DNA of 62,027 nt, filler included. It is 3 parts of 3 records of this genome, joined end to end, with 100 filler letters (N's around TTAATTAATTAA, not from the genome) between each part and the next. Parts side by side here need not be neighbours in the genome. Positions count along the whole stretch, not along the records: positions 1 to 28,738 come from DRR378314_2232; 2 more parts are not named here. One strand, written 5' to 3'. Shown here in pieces: positions 10,572 through 20,912 of the stretch (positions are counted from its first letter, which is position 1; the number at the start of each line of letters is the position of its first letter). A program made the translations under genes and the position numbers. Below the pieces are notes generated by a model. That model worked only from the letters and a program-made list of their open reading frames with translations, was not told the origin of the DNA and did not search any database.

Positions 10572-11009
10572 ATGTCGCACGTAGAAGAGTTTTTGACTGC
10601 TGAGGAAGAAACTGATATTGTAAATGCCATTGTCGAAGCCGAAAACAATACTTCCGGTGAAATACGGGTTCATATTGAAGGGACCTCAAAAATAGATCAC
10701 TTTAGCAGGGCACAACAGGTGTTCCACTTCCTTAAGATGGACAACACCAAAGAAGGCAATGGCGTATTGCTTTACGTGGCCGTGGATGACAAAAAATTTG
10801 TAATCTATGGCGGCGAAGGGATTGACAAGGCGGTACCCAAAGGGTTTTGGGACACTACCAAAGATGTAATCGCCTCCCACTTTAAAAAAGGAAATTTTAA
10901 ACAAGGTATCGTTGATGGTATCCTGATTGCGGGCAAGGAATTGCAAGCCCACTTTCCCTGGGACCACGAGGACACCAATGAACTTAACGATGCGATATCC
11001 AAAGGGTAG
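10572..11009 (+). CDS. TPM-domain protein
   Basis: AENNTSGEIRVHIE and NGVLLYVA motifs; follows lemA. Confidence 0.85.
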   Translation: MSHVEEFLTAEEETDIVNAIVEAENNTSGEIRVHIEGTSKIDHFSRAQQVFHFLKMDNTKEGNGVLLYVAVDDKKFVIYGGEGIDKAVPKGFWDTTKDVIASHFKKGNFKQGIVDGILIAGKELQAHFPWDHEDTNELNDAISKG

Positions 11010-11778
11010 TTTTTTACTATTTTTTTTATGTGCTTCCCTTGCTTGGGGACAATTCACCATACCCGACAAACCGCAAAAAGAGACCAGTGTTTACGATTAT
11101 GTAAACTTGTTGTCTCCATCGCAGAGCAATGCCTTGGAACAAAAACTGGTTCGGTATTCCGATAGTACTTCTACACAAATAGTGGTTGCCATTATTAGCT
11201 CCACCGAAGGTGAACAGATCAACTATTTGGGGGCACAATGGGGACAAAAATGGGGCATTGGACAAGCTGATGAAGACAATGGTGTTCTTATTCTACTGGC
11301 CAGGGACGACCGTAGAATTGCCATCAATACTGGCTATGGCGTAGAAGGCAGTCTCACCGATTTAATGTCGAGACGAATTATCGAAACCGTGATCATTCCA
11401 GAATTTAAAAAAGGTGATTATTATAATGGTCTGGACAAGGGTTCCGATGCCATTTTTAAAGTACTTACGGGTGAGTTTACCGAAGACCGTACCTTTGGTA
11501 ATGGTAAAAAATTCCCTCTTGACGCCCTTTTTCCCATCATCATTTTTATTGTCATCATCATTATTTTATGGAGCCGTAAGAACAAGGGCGGCAGAGGTCC
11601 AGGTGGTCGCAGGGGCGGCGGACTTGACATTTGGGATATGATCATCCTCAGCAATATGGGTCGCAGCTCAGGTTCTTCCGGCGGATTTGGAAGCGGAGGA
11701 AGCTTTGGCGGTGGCGGTTTTGGAGGCGGCTTCGGCGGAGGTGGCTTTGGCGGAGGCGGTGCTTCTGGTGGGTGGTAA
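10990..11778 (+). CDS. TPM-domain membrane protein (YgcG-like) with Gly-rich tail
   Basis: Signal peptide, WGIGQ..DNGVLIL, GYGVEG, TM helix, GGGFGGGGASGGW C-terminus; start taken at MRYPKG. Confidence 0.88.
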   Translation: MRYPKGSFLLFFLCASLAWGQFTIPDKPQKETSVYDYVNLLSPSQSNALEQKLVRYSDSTSTQIVVAIISSTEGEQINYLGAQWGQKWGIGQADEDNGVLILLARDDRRIAINTGYGVEGSLTDLMSRRIIETVIIPEFKKGDYYNGLDKGSDAIFKVLTGEFTEDRTFGNGKKFPLDALFPIIIFIVIIIILWSRKNKGGRGPGGRRGGGLDIWDMIILSNMGRSSGSSGGFGSGGSFGGGGFGGGFGGGGFGGGGASGGW

Positions 11779-11831
11779 TCCAATAAAAAGCAACTAAAGC
11801 AGTATTTTTCCATCCGTATAAAAAAGACTTT

Positions 11832-12311
11832 ATGCCTAAAAAACTGCTTTTTTTATTTATTTCCGTATTCGTTTTATCGTGCAATTCAGATGACAACTCA
11901 ATAGATTGTTCTTTGGTAGATTGTGAGGTTGCTTCAAACACTATCCGCCTAAGGTTTTTGAGTCCTGAAAACGATGAGAATTTACTAGTCAATGGCACTA
12001 TGGATTCAGAAGATATCCAAGTTTTCAACGAGCAAAGCCAAACTGTTATATTTTCCATAGAAGAATATCCTTCCACAGGAATGATTGTGGTGGTACCTGT
12101 TTCAACCGAAGAATTCGGTCAGAAATCTTTTACAATTGATATTAAGGGTGAGTCATCGTCTGTAAGTTTCAACACAACTTTTAGGCGAGGTGAATGTTGC
12201 GGTCCCTATACCGAGATAGATGGTGTTGAAACAACTATTTCCTATGATCATACATTGGAAGAATATGGTAACCTTCCACTGTCCATCACTTTTTATATTC
12301 CCAGCAGCTAG
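11832..12311 (+). CDS. Hypothetical lipoprotein
   Basis: Lipobox VLSC followed by acidic NSDD; additional Cys including ECCG. Confidence 0.65.
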   Translation: MPKKLLFLFISVFVLSCNSDDNSIDCSLVDCEVASNTIRLRFLSPENDENLLVNGTMDSEDIQVFNEQSQTVIFSIEEYPSTGMIVVVPVSTEEFGQKSFTIDIKGESSSVSFNTTFRRGECCGPYTEIDGVETTISYDHTLEEYGNLPLSITFYIPSS

Positions 12312-15095
12312 TTAAAACCTTATAAACCTGGGACCCCCTCCTTTGTTCGGAGCCCCTTTTCCTCCAAAGGAATCAAACTTGATAGTCAAGCTGCCCATAA
12401 AGTAACGTCGGAGTGCGGTTCCTTGGAAATCCTGAACAAAGTCCTGTCCTGTGGTACGTCGGGTGTTTATGTTTTGGTTTAGCAAGTCGTAGGCCAGCAC
12501 TTTTAGCGTGGCTTTCTTTTTAAACATTTGCACCCCCAAACTTACATTCCAAAATATGGCATCCTTATCAAAACCATCACTTAAATTACCGTTGTAGCTA
12601 TAGGTGATATTGTTTCCAAACACCACATTTTTGGGCCAATAGGAGGTCAGTTTTACTGCAAGATTATGTGTGGTAAAATCGATATCCTCCACATTGTCCA
12701 AATTATATCGTGTTGAGTTTATTCCCAAGCGATATTCCGGCTCTATCTCTAACATTTCTTTGTAATTGAACAAAAGTCCAACTCTTGGATTAAAACTGAA
12801 GGTTTTCGCCTCCAACCTACTGCCATTGGTAAAACCTACCTGTTTACCAATATTTACGCTTGGCCCGATGGTAAATTTAAAACTGTAGATACTATCCTTT
12901 TTGATTTGTTTGGAATAATTTGCTCCCATCCATCCGTTATAATTTCCATCAACATTTTCATAGGTTGTGGTTCGAATAAAATTTTCATCCGTAGTGGTGA
13001 CCGAAACCACCTTACTTTGTTCAAAGTTAATGCCGGAATATGCAAACAGGCCCGTTCTGTCTTTCCAATTATAATTATTGAAATTCAAATAAACCCTATG
13101 GTTTACCTCTGGATCTAAATTAGGGTTACCTTCGATAATATTTAAAGGATTGCTCACATTGGGCACCGGCTGCAATTGGTTCACCGAAGGCAAATTAAGC
13201 CCCGTATTGTATCTCACGCTCAACCTTTTGCTCCCTTTATTATAATTAAAAAAGGAACCTAACAGTATCTTGCTATAATCATTGGAAAAAGAAGTGGACT
13301 GAATAAAGTCCTGATTATCCAAAGAAATCTGTTCCAAACGTGCCCGTACATTGAACCTTAACTTTTTTCCATTGGAGCCAATTCTGATTTCCGGTACGTG
13401 CTTGTTTACTTTAAAATTAAAGTCGGAACTTAACATCGCGTTGTAAATGTAATCTCCACTCCCCTCATCCAGATTGGAAACAGCACGTTCATTGTTCTGT
13501 TCCTGATTCTCATAACCGTATCTAAGGTCCAAATAAAGATCTTTGCCTAAGGATTGTCGGTAGGCCGCTCCAACTTCGTACCTATCATTGGAGTTGTCGA
13601 TAATGGTTTCTTGGTCCAATTCCTGGTCACTGGGGTCGTCGCCAAAAATGCTGCTTTGGGAATTGATAAAGGATTCCGAATTGCTTACGGCGTTGTTATT
13701 ATTGAAATACAATCTTATGTAACCTCCTACGGTATCCAATTTCTTCATCAGCTCCACCCGATTGCTGAAATTTCTACGGAAACCATCACTTGTCTCCAAG
13801 GAATTATTACTGTTGATCAAGTTACCCTCCTCATCGGTTGATACCGTGTTTTCTGTATTGGTGGAATTGGTATTGTTTATATTTAAATTGGGTTGGACTG
13901 TAATTCTAGTGGTCTTGTCGATGTCAAACTCCAAATTGGCAGAACCTTGGTTGGAATTGGTATTCCCCACAAAACTGGTCTCTGTATCGGTGAAAAAGCT
14001 GCCGTCGGGCAAAATGTTCTCACGGGCTATTTTTTCGTCGTTGAATGAATCGCTGTAGGAGAAAAAATAATTGCCATCTATTCGGTACTTTCCTTTTTCT
14101 TGATCCGCATAACTTCCACCGAGTGTGGATGATGTTGTAATCCCCTGCCCAAAACCAAAGGACACATTCCCAATCGAAAAACCGCCATTTCTATTAATAT
14201 TCATTCCTCCTCCTGCATCCCCGACCATTTCGTAGATTTCATCAAAAGAAAAACCTGGATTGTTAATGTTGTTAGAGCTTCCAAGCACACTGATCCTTTG
14301 GGTATCGTTAAAATAATTGACCAATCCATTGGCCTGATAACGATTATCCGTACCATAACCACCGGACAATCGCCCCATATACCCTTTGTTCTTATCCTCC
14401 TTTAGGGTTAGGTTGATGGTTTTGTTTTCCCCATCTCCTTCTTCTCCAATAAATTCCTGTTCCTTGGTTTTGGTATCCGTAATTTGAATTTTACTGATAA
14501 TGTCCTTGGAGAGTGTTTTAGTGGCCACCTTGGGATCTGTGCTGAAGAATACTTGACCATTCACCAATACCTTATTCACTTCTTTACCATTAACCGTGAT
14601 AGTTCCGTCGCTGGCAACCTCTACCCCCGGCAACTTCTTGAGAACGTCTTCCACGGTAGCATCCGGCCGGGTCTTAAAGGAATCCGCATTAAACTCCAAG
14701 GTATCGCTTTTTACAGTGATCGGGACCCGTTCTCCGATCAAGTCGACTCCTTCCAATTGCTGAGCCTGCTCTTCCATTTTAATGGAGCCAAGTTCCATTT
14801 CAGATTCTAGGGCGACTTCTTTGGTTTGTGATTTAAACCCGTTGGAAGAAAAAGCCAATCGGGCTTTTTTGTAGGCAGTTTTACCCTCCAATGCAAAAAT
14901 TCCTTGTGCATTGGTTATGGTATACGAAATTAAACTGCTGTCTCTTAAAGTTTCAGCGTAAATGGTTGCAGCCTCAATGGGAGCGCCAGCAGTGGCGTCT
15001 ACAATTTTACCTTTGACCAAAAATTCTTGGCCGAAAACTGAATGGATTGAAAAAAATAAGGAAACAAAAACGAGGTAAGCGTAAAGTCTTTTCAA
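12312..15095 (-). CDS. Outer-membrane beta-barrel protein with carboxypeptidase-regulatory-like and plug-like N-terminus
   Basis: 927 aa; signal peptide, KLPGVEV, GNPNLDPE, amphipathic strands, YDLLNQN. Confidence 0.8.
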   Translation of the reverse strand: MKRLYAYLVFVSLFFSIHSVFGQEFLVKGKIVDATAGAPIEAATIYAETLRDSSLISYTITNAQGIFALEGKTAYKKARLAFSSNGFKSQTKEVALESEMELGSIKMEEQAQQLEGVDLIGERVPITVKSDTLEFNADSFKTRPDATVEDVLKKLPGVEVASDGTITVNGKEVNKVLVNGQVFFSTDPKVATKTLSKDIISKIQITDTKTKEQEFIGEEGDGENKTINLTLKEDKNKGYMGRLSGGYGTDNRYQANGLVNYFNDTQRISVLGSSNNINNPGFSFDEIYEMVGDAGGGMNINRNGGFSIGNVSFGFGQGITTSSTLGGSYADQEKGKYRIDGNYFFSYSDSFNDEKIARENILPDGSFFTDTETSFVGNTNSNQGSANLEFDIDKTTRITVQPNLNINNTNSTNTENTVSTDEEGNLINSNNSLETSDGFRRNFSNRVELMKKLDTVGGYIRLYFNNNNAVSNSESFINSQSSIFGDDPSDQELDQETIIDNSNDRYEVGAAYRQSLGKDLYLDLRYGYENQEQNNERAVSNLDEGSGDYIYNAMLSSDFNFKVNKHVPEIRIGSNGKKLRFNVRARLEQISLDNQDFIQSTSFSNDYSKILLGSFFNYNKGSKRLSVRYNTGLNLPSVNQLQPVPNVSNPLNIIEGNPNLDPEVNHRVYLNFNNYNWKDRTGLFAYSGINFEQSKVVSVTTTDENFIRTTTYENVDGNYNGWMGANYSKQIKKDSIYSFKFTIGPSVNIGKQVGFTNGSRLEAKTFSFNPRVGLLFNYKEMLEIEPEYRLGINSTRYNLDNVEDIDFTTHNLAVKLTSYWPKNVVFGNNITYSYNGNLSDGFDKDAIFWNVSLGVQMFKKKATLKVLAYDLLNQNINTRRTTGQDFVQDFQGTALRRYFMGSLTIKFDSFGGKGAPNKGGGPRFIRF

Positions 15096-15343
15096 ATGAT
15101 GGTTAGCTTTTTGATTGGAATGAATTGACGACCAAAATATTATTTTCGATTTTTAAAAACAGAAGGTTTAACGAAACTTTGAGAAAATCCGTACAAGAAA
15201 TTGAAATGGCCAATAAAAAAACGCTCTAACCTTCATTCGTGAACTCAAACCAACTATCCATCAAGTTAGAGGACTCCGCTAATCAATTTTAAGTATCTTG
15301 CTTTTGGTTATGTTTTTGTTCATTTTAAAACACTCATTTTCTT

Positions 15344-18300
15344 ATGTCCCGGTCATTCAAAACGCTTCTGGTTTCCCTACTAATTCTTGTAGCATCCTGT
15401 AAAAAAAAGAACGGTTCCGAAACCGATAATCTTTTTAAATTCAAGGATTACATAAGTTACCACACCAATGGTAACCAATCTATATCCACTCCCATCACTA
15501 TTGCTCTGGCCCAACAATTGGAGCAGTTTGAGCTGACCCAAGAACTTTCCAAAGAATATTTGGAGATATCACCAAAGGTGGATGGCAATTTATTTATAGA
15601 AAATGGTAGGGAACTCACATTCCAACCTTCGGAATATTTAAAGCCCAATACAGAATATACCGTCAATTTGAAACTCAATAAACTTTTTGAGGATATTGAT
15701 AGTGAATTCAAGACTTACACCTTCAGCTTTAAGACCATTGCCCCCAACTTTAGAATCAATCTGGGAGATTTACAATCCTACAGCAAAGATTGGCAATACC
15801 TCACTGGTACCTTGGACGCTTCGGATATTTTGGATGCATCAAAAATAAACTCTGTGATTTCCGTTAAACAAGGAGACAAAAACATTCCTGTAGCGTGGGA
15901 CAATGCCGAAGGTAATGCGCAATACTTCAGTTTTAAAATTGATAGTATCTCCAGAAAAACAGATGATAGCGAGCTCACTATAAATTGGACAGGCGACACC
16001 TACAATATTGAAAACGAAGGCTCCGAAACCTATCCGATTCCAGGTAAAAACAAATTTGTGATTGTTGATGCCAAAACAACATCCGCTCCAAATGCTGTAT
16101 TGACCCTAAATTTTTCCGAACCCTTAAAACAAGACCAAAACCTAAACGGTCTGGTAACCATTGAAAACGCCGAAAGTTTGCGCTACGAAATCAATGGAAA
16201 CGTTTTGAGTGTTTATCCCTCCAACCGAATTTTGGGAGAGGTTCGTGTCAATGCATTTCAAGGTATTAAAAGCGAATATGGTTTTACTCTGAAGAACAAC
16301 TTTTCTGAACTGGTCTCTTTTGAGCAATTAAAACCTGCCGTACGACTCATTTCCAAAGGAACCATTTTGCCCAATGCGGCATCAACACCCATATATTTTG
16401 AAACGGTCAATCTTACCGCAGTTGAAGTTCGTGTCATCCAAGTATATGAAAACAACATGCTGCAATACCTCCAAAATTATGACTTAACGGAAAATTATAA
16501 TCCCGATTTCAGGCCTGTGGGTCGAAGAGTAGCATACAAAGTTATTCCCCTGACCGAAGATGACAATAAAAATACCAGTTATTGGCAGGCGCATGGTTTG
16601 GATTTGTCCAAATTGATTAAGGTTCATCCCGGTTCGTTGTATCGGGTCGAATTCAGCTTTAAGAAAGAACACACCTCTTACGATTGTGGTGATGGTGCAG
16701 AAACCGAAGAATCAAAAACCGAATATGCATTGGAACAAAGTTCTGATGAAGCCTCAGAAGAAGAACGCTATTGGGATAATGAAATCTACAATTACAGAAA
16801 CTATGATTATAATTGGGAAGAGCGTGACAACCCTTGTCACTCGGCATACTACAATTACGATAGAATAGCCGCCACCAATCTATTGGGCAGCGATTTGGGC
16901 CTTATCGTCAAAAAAGGAAGCAATCGCTCCCATCATTTTGCAGTGACCAATTTGCTCACCACCCAACCCGTAGCAGGTGCTAAAATAAAGCTCTACAATT
17001 ACCAACAACAACTCATTGGCGAGACCACTACCGATACCAAAGGTCTATCCGTTTATGATAGTGATAAGGGCATTGCCTTTGCCGTGGCCGAGCACAGCAA
17101 CAATTTCGCCTACGCCAAACTTGCAGATGGCAACGCATTATCCCTCAGTAAGTTCGATGTTTCTGGCGAACAGCTGCAAAAAGGTTTACAAGGCTATTTG
17201 TATACCGAAAGAGGAGTGCACCGACCAGGCGATGTTATCCATTTAACCTTTGTTTTGGATGATAATGCCAATCCATTGCCCAAAGGGCATCCCGTAGCAT
17301 TGGAGGTCAGTGATGCCCGTGGCAAATTGGTGCAACGCAATGTACTCAAAGAAGGAAGCATTCCCGTTTCGGATGGATTCTATGCCAAAAAAGAAAAGAA
17401 TTTTTACTATTTCCCTATCCCGACCGATGCTAACGCCCCAACGGGAAATTGGTCGGCCAAAGTGATTGTGGGCGGTGCACAATTCAGTAAAACCTTAAAA
17501 GTGGCCACAGTAAAGCCCAACCGATTAAAAGTGGATTTTGCTTTTGATGACGAAGTACTGGAAGCAAATACTTTCAATCGCGGAAAAGCAACCGTAAAGT
17601 GGCTGCACGGTGCTCCTGCCCGAAACCTAAAAATTGATATCAATGCCACTTTGAGCCAAACCTCAACCGCCTTTCCAAACTATAAAAATTATATTTTCCA
17701 AGACCCAGCTCGTTCGTTCAATGAGACTGAACTGCAATGGATATCAGCAAATTTGGATGCCAATGGTGAATTGGACATCAATAAAAAAATAGAAGTCAAT
17801 GGCAATGCACCTGGAATGTTGAAGGCAACCTTCACCACCAAGGTTTTTGAGGGTGGAGGTGACTTTTCCATTGATGTATTTTCCAAGAATTTGGCCCCAT
17901 TTTCAAATTTTGTGGGACTCCGTTCCCCCGAAGCCAAACAATACGGCTCTTTCTTAACGGATGACAATAACACCTTTGATGTGGTCACTGTGGATGCCCA
18001 AGGAAATCCATCATCCAACAGAAAACTAAAAGTACAAGTATTCAAAATTGAATGGCGCTGGTGGTGGAACCGCGGTTCTGATAATTTGTCACGCTATGAA
18101 AATGCTACCGTACACCGTCCTTTCAAGGAAATGGAGATTACGACCGGAAGTAATGGAAAGGGCAATTTCAACATCAATGTTCCCAATGAACAAGGAGGCC
18201 GATTCTTGATTCGTGTTATTGATGAAGTCTCTGGACACGCTACGGGACGTACCGCTTATTTTTACCGCAATTGGTGGCGAAGACCCGCATCCGCAGATGC

Positions 18301-20902
18301 GGAAAGTTCCAAAATTCTCATCTTCTCCACCGACAAGGAAAAATACACACTTGGTGAAGAAGCAATCGTCACTTTCCCATCAGATAAGGGTGGACGTGCT
18401 TTAGTAAGCATCGAAAACGGCACGGAGGTCCTCTCCCAACAATGGATTGAGACCTCGGCCAAAGAAACCAAAGCGACCATTCCCATTACTTCGGAAATGG
18501 CCCCGAATGCCTATATCAACATTTCCTTGCTGCAACCGCACAGTCAGGTCAAAAACGATCTGCCCATCCGATTGTATGGCGTTGTTCCGCTCTTGGTGGA
18601 AAATCCGGCTACCTTTTTGGAACCACAAATCAGTATGCCCGATGTTTTGGAACCAGAAGAATCTTATAATGTCACCGTTTCGGAGGCCAATAAAAAACCG
18701 ATGACTTATTCGTTGGCCGTGGTGGACGAAGGCCTTCTGGATTTGACACGCTTTACCACTCCCGACATTCACAGTTCTTTTTACGCCAGACAAGCTTTGG
18801 GTGTAAAAACCTTCGATATTTTTGATGATGTAATGGGGGCTTACTCCGTGAGTGTCGATAATATTTATGCTATTGGCGGTGGCGGCATTGGTGCTGGTGC
18901 CAAAAACCGAAAAGCTCAACGATTTAAACCTGTGGTCACCTATTTGGGTCCATTTATCCTAAAGCCAGGAGAAAAAGCATCGCATACCATTGATATGCCG
19001 AACTACGTAGGTTCGGTACGGACAATGGTAGTCGCTGGAAATCAAACTAGTGCCTATGGAAATGCAGAAAAGACAACCCCAGTTCGTAAACCTTTGATGG
19101 TTTTAACCTCCATTCCAAGAAAATTATCCCCAGGCGAGACCGTGACCATCCCTGTAACGGTTTTTGCGATGGAACCTAAAGTAAAAAACGTAAAGGTCTC
19201 CATCGATGCTGGAAAAGCTTTGGAGCCCATAAGTGGCACTTCCAAAAACATCACCTTCAATGCGGTTGGCGAACAAATCGTAAATTTTGATTTTAAGGTC
19301 AACCCAACATCATCGTTCCAGACCATAAAAGTTACCGCTACGGGAGCTGGCGAAAGTGCTAGTAACGAAACGGAAATTGATGTGGAAAATCCAAATCCTG
19401 TAACCACCAAAAGTGAATTGTACACGCTCGACCCCAACGGATCGCAGACCATCACAATGGAAACTTTTGGCACTTCTGGCACCAATACAGCGTTTATTGA
19501 GTTTTCCACACTACCCCCGATGGATTTCTCCAAACGGATGGATTACTTGTTACGTTATCCCCACGGATGCGTGGAACAGACCACCTCCGCGGCATTCCCA
19601 CAATTGTTCTTGGCAAATGTGCTGGACATCACTTTTGACAAAAAGAAGGACATCGAGAAAAACATTAAAGCTGCCATTGATAAATTGGGCGATTTCCAAA
19701 TTCCCAATGGTGGATTAAGCTACTGGCCCGGTTATGGCAATGCCGATGATTGGGGCACTTCCTACGCTGGACATTTTATGTTGGAAGCCAAAAAGGAAGG
19801 GTATCAGTTACCGTTGACGTTCCTCAGCAATTGGCTACGCTTTCAAAAAAATGCGGCAAGACAATGGAGCAATCAGAGCACCTATTACAACGATGATATT
19901 TCACAAGCGTACCGATTGTACACCTTGGCCCTGGCCCAACAACCCGAACTGGCCGCAATGAACCGTTTACGGGAAACCGAAAACCTCAGCAACGAGGCCA
20001 AATGGAGATTGGCAGCGGCGTATGCCTTAGTAGGTAAAAAAGAGGTGGCCCAAGCCATTGCACAAAAGGCCAATATTAATTTTACTCCCAACAATTACAA
20101 TTACAGAACCTATGGTTCCGTATTCCGAAACAGGGCCATGGCGTTGGAAACTATGGTGATTTTGGGTGACGCACAACAACGGGAATTGGCGGTTTCCTTG
20201 GCCAAAAACTTGTCATCCCAAAATTGGTACAGTACCCAAGAAACTGCTTACGCCCTCTTGGCAATGTCCAAAATGGTGATGAAAAATGGAGGTAGGTCCA
20301 TCGACCTCACCTTTACCAACAACGGAAAAGAGGTTGCTGTAAAAACCGACAGGGCCATTGCACAAAGGGAACTTGTCATTAGCTCATTAAAAGAGGAGAT
20401 TGAGGTGAAAAACAACCAGGGAAATACCATTTATGCCACCCTTACCCAAACTGGCAAATTACCAGTTGGTGAGGAATTGGCCCAGCAACAAAACCTAAGA
20501 TTGTCGGTCAATTACCAAGACCCCATTGGTAACTCCATCAATGTGGATGAACTGAGACAGGGAACAGAGTTTCAAGCTCAGATTACAATATTTAATGGTT
20601 CGGATAATTATATCGATAATGTGGCACTCACCCATATTGTGCCCAGCGGATGGGAAATTGTGGATACTTCATTTGCTGGAGGCAGCAACGCTAATGCTTC
20701 AAAAGCGGATTATGTGGATACTCGGGACGACCGCACCCATTTGTATTTTGATTTGGATGCGAAAAAATCCAAAACCTTTACCATCAAATTGAATGCATCC
20801 TTCTTGGGCGATTATTATTTGCCCGGTACACAGGCCGAAGCGATGTACGATAACACTTATTATGCTAGAAACAAGGGCAATTGGGTCAAAGTTGTTCAAT
20901 AG
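15344..20902 (+). CDS. Bacterial alpha-2-macroglobulin (MG2-domain lipoprotein)
   Basis: 1852 aa; lipobox VASC, TERGVHRPGD, thioester motif YPHGCVEQ, EAMYD C-terminus. Confidence 0.93.
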   Translation: MSRSFKTLLVSLLILVASCKKKNGSETDNLFKFKDYISYHTNGNQSISTPITIALAQQLEQFELTQELSKEYLEISPKVDGNLFIENGRELTFQPSEYLKPNTEYTVNLKLNKLFEDIDSEFKTYTFSFKTIAPNFRINLGDLQSYSKDWQYLTGTLDASDILDASKINSVISVKQGDKNIPVAWDNAEGNAQYFSFKIDSISRKTDDSELTINWTGDTYNIENEGSETYPIPGKNKFVIVDAKTTSAPNAVLTLNFSEPLKQDQNLNGLVTIENAESLRYEINGNVLSVYPSNRILGEVRVNAFQGIKSEYGFTLKNNFSELVSFEQLKPAVRLISKGTILPNAASTPIYFETVNLTAVEVRVIQVYENNMLQYLQNYDLTENYNPDFRPVGRRVAYKVIPLTEDDNKNTSYWQAHGLDLSKLIKVHPGSLYRVEFSFKKEHTSYDCGDGAETEESKTEYALEQSSDEASEEERYWDNEIYNYRNYDYNWEERDNPCHSAYYNYDRIAATNLLGSDLGLIVKKGSNRSHHFAVTNLLTTQPVAGAKIKLYNYQQQLIGETTTDTKGLSVYDSDKGIAFAVAEHSNNFAYAKLADGNALSLSKFDVSGEQLQKGLQGYLYTERGVHRPGDVIHLTFVLDDNANPLPKGHPVALEVSDARGKLVQRNVLKEGSIPVSDGFYAKKEKNFYYFPIPTDANAPTGNWSAKVIVGGAQFSKTLKVATVKPNRLKVDFAFDDEVLEANTFNRGKATVKWLHGAPARNLKIDINATLSQTSTAFPNYKNYIFQDPARSFNETELQWISANLDANGELDINKKIEVNGNAPGMLKATFTTKVFEGGGDFSIDVFSKNLAPFSNFVGLRSPEAKQYGSFLTDDNNTFDVVTVDAQGNPSSNRKLKVQVFKIEWRWWWNRGSDNLSRYENATVHRPFKEMEITTGSNGKGNFNINVPNEQGGRFLIRVIDEVSGHATGRTAYFYRNWWRRPASADAESSKILIFSTDKEKYTLGEEAIVTFPSDKGGRALVSIENGTEVLSQQWIETSAKETKATIPITSEMAPNAYINISLLQPHSQVKNDLPIRLYGVVPLLVENPATFLEPQISMPDVLEPEESYNVTVSEANKKPMTYSLAVVDEGLLDLTRFTTPDIHSSFYARQALGVKTFDIFDDVMGAYSVSVDNIYAIGGGGIGAGAKNRKAQRFKPVVTYLGPFILKPGEKASHTIDMPNYVGSVRTMVVAGNQTSAYGNAEKTTPVRKPLMVLTSIPRKLSPGETVTIPVTVFAMEPKVKNVKVSIDAGKALEPISGTSKNITFNAVGEQIVNFDFKVNPTSSFQTIKVTATGAGESASNETEIDVENPNPVTTKSELYTLDPNGSQTITMETFGTSGTNTAFIEFSTLPPMDFSKRMDYLLRYPHGCVEQTTSAAFPQLFLANVLDITFDKKKDIEKNIKAAIDKLGDFQIPNGGLSYWPGYGNADDWGTSYAGHFMLEAKKEGYQLPLTFLSNWLRFQKNAARQWSNQSTYYNDDISQAYRLYTLALAQQPELAAMNRLRETENLSNEAKWRLAAAYALVGKKEVAQAIAQKANINFTPNNYNYRTYGSVFRNRAMALETMVILGDAQQRELAVSLAKNLSSQNWYSTQETAYALLAMSKMVMKNGGRSIDLTFTNNGKEVAVKTDRAIAQRELVISSLKEEIEVKNNQGNTIYATLTQTGKLPVGEELAQQQNLRLSVNYQDPIGNSINVDELRQGTEFQAQITIFNGSDNYIDNVALTHIVPSGWEIVDTSFAGGSNANASKADYVDTRDDRTHLYFDLDAKKSKTFTIKLNASFLGDYYLPGTQAEAMYDNTYYARNKGNWVKVVQ

Positions 20903-20912
20903 TTTGGTGTGG

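Noticed and set aside
11680..11778. GGC/GGT-rich repeat
   Set aside because: Normal Gly-rich tail of TPM/YgcG-like proteins
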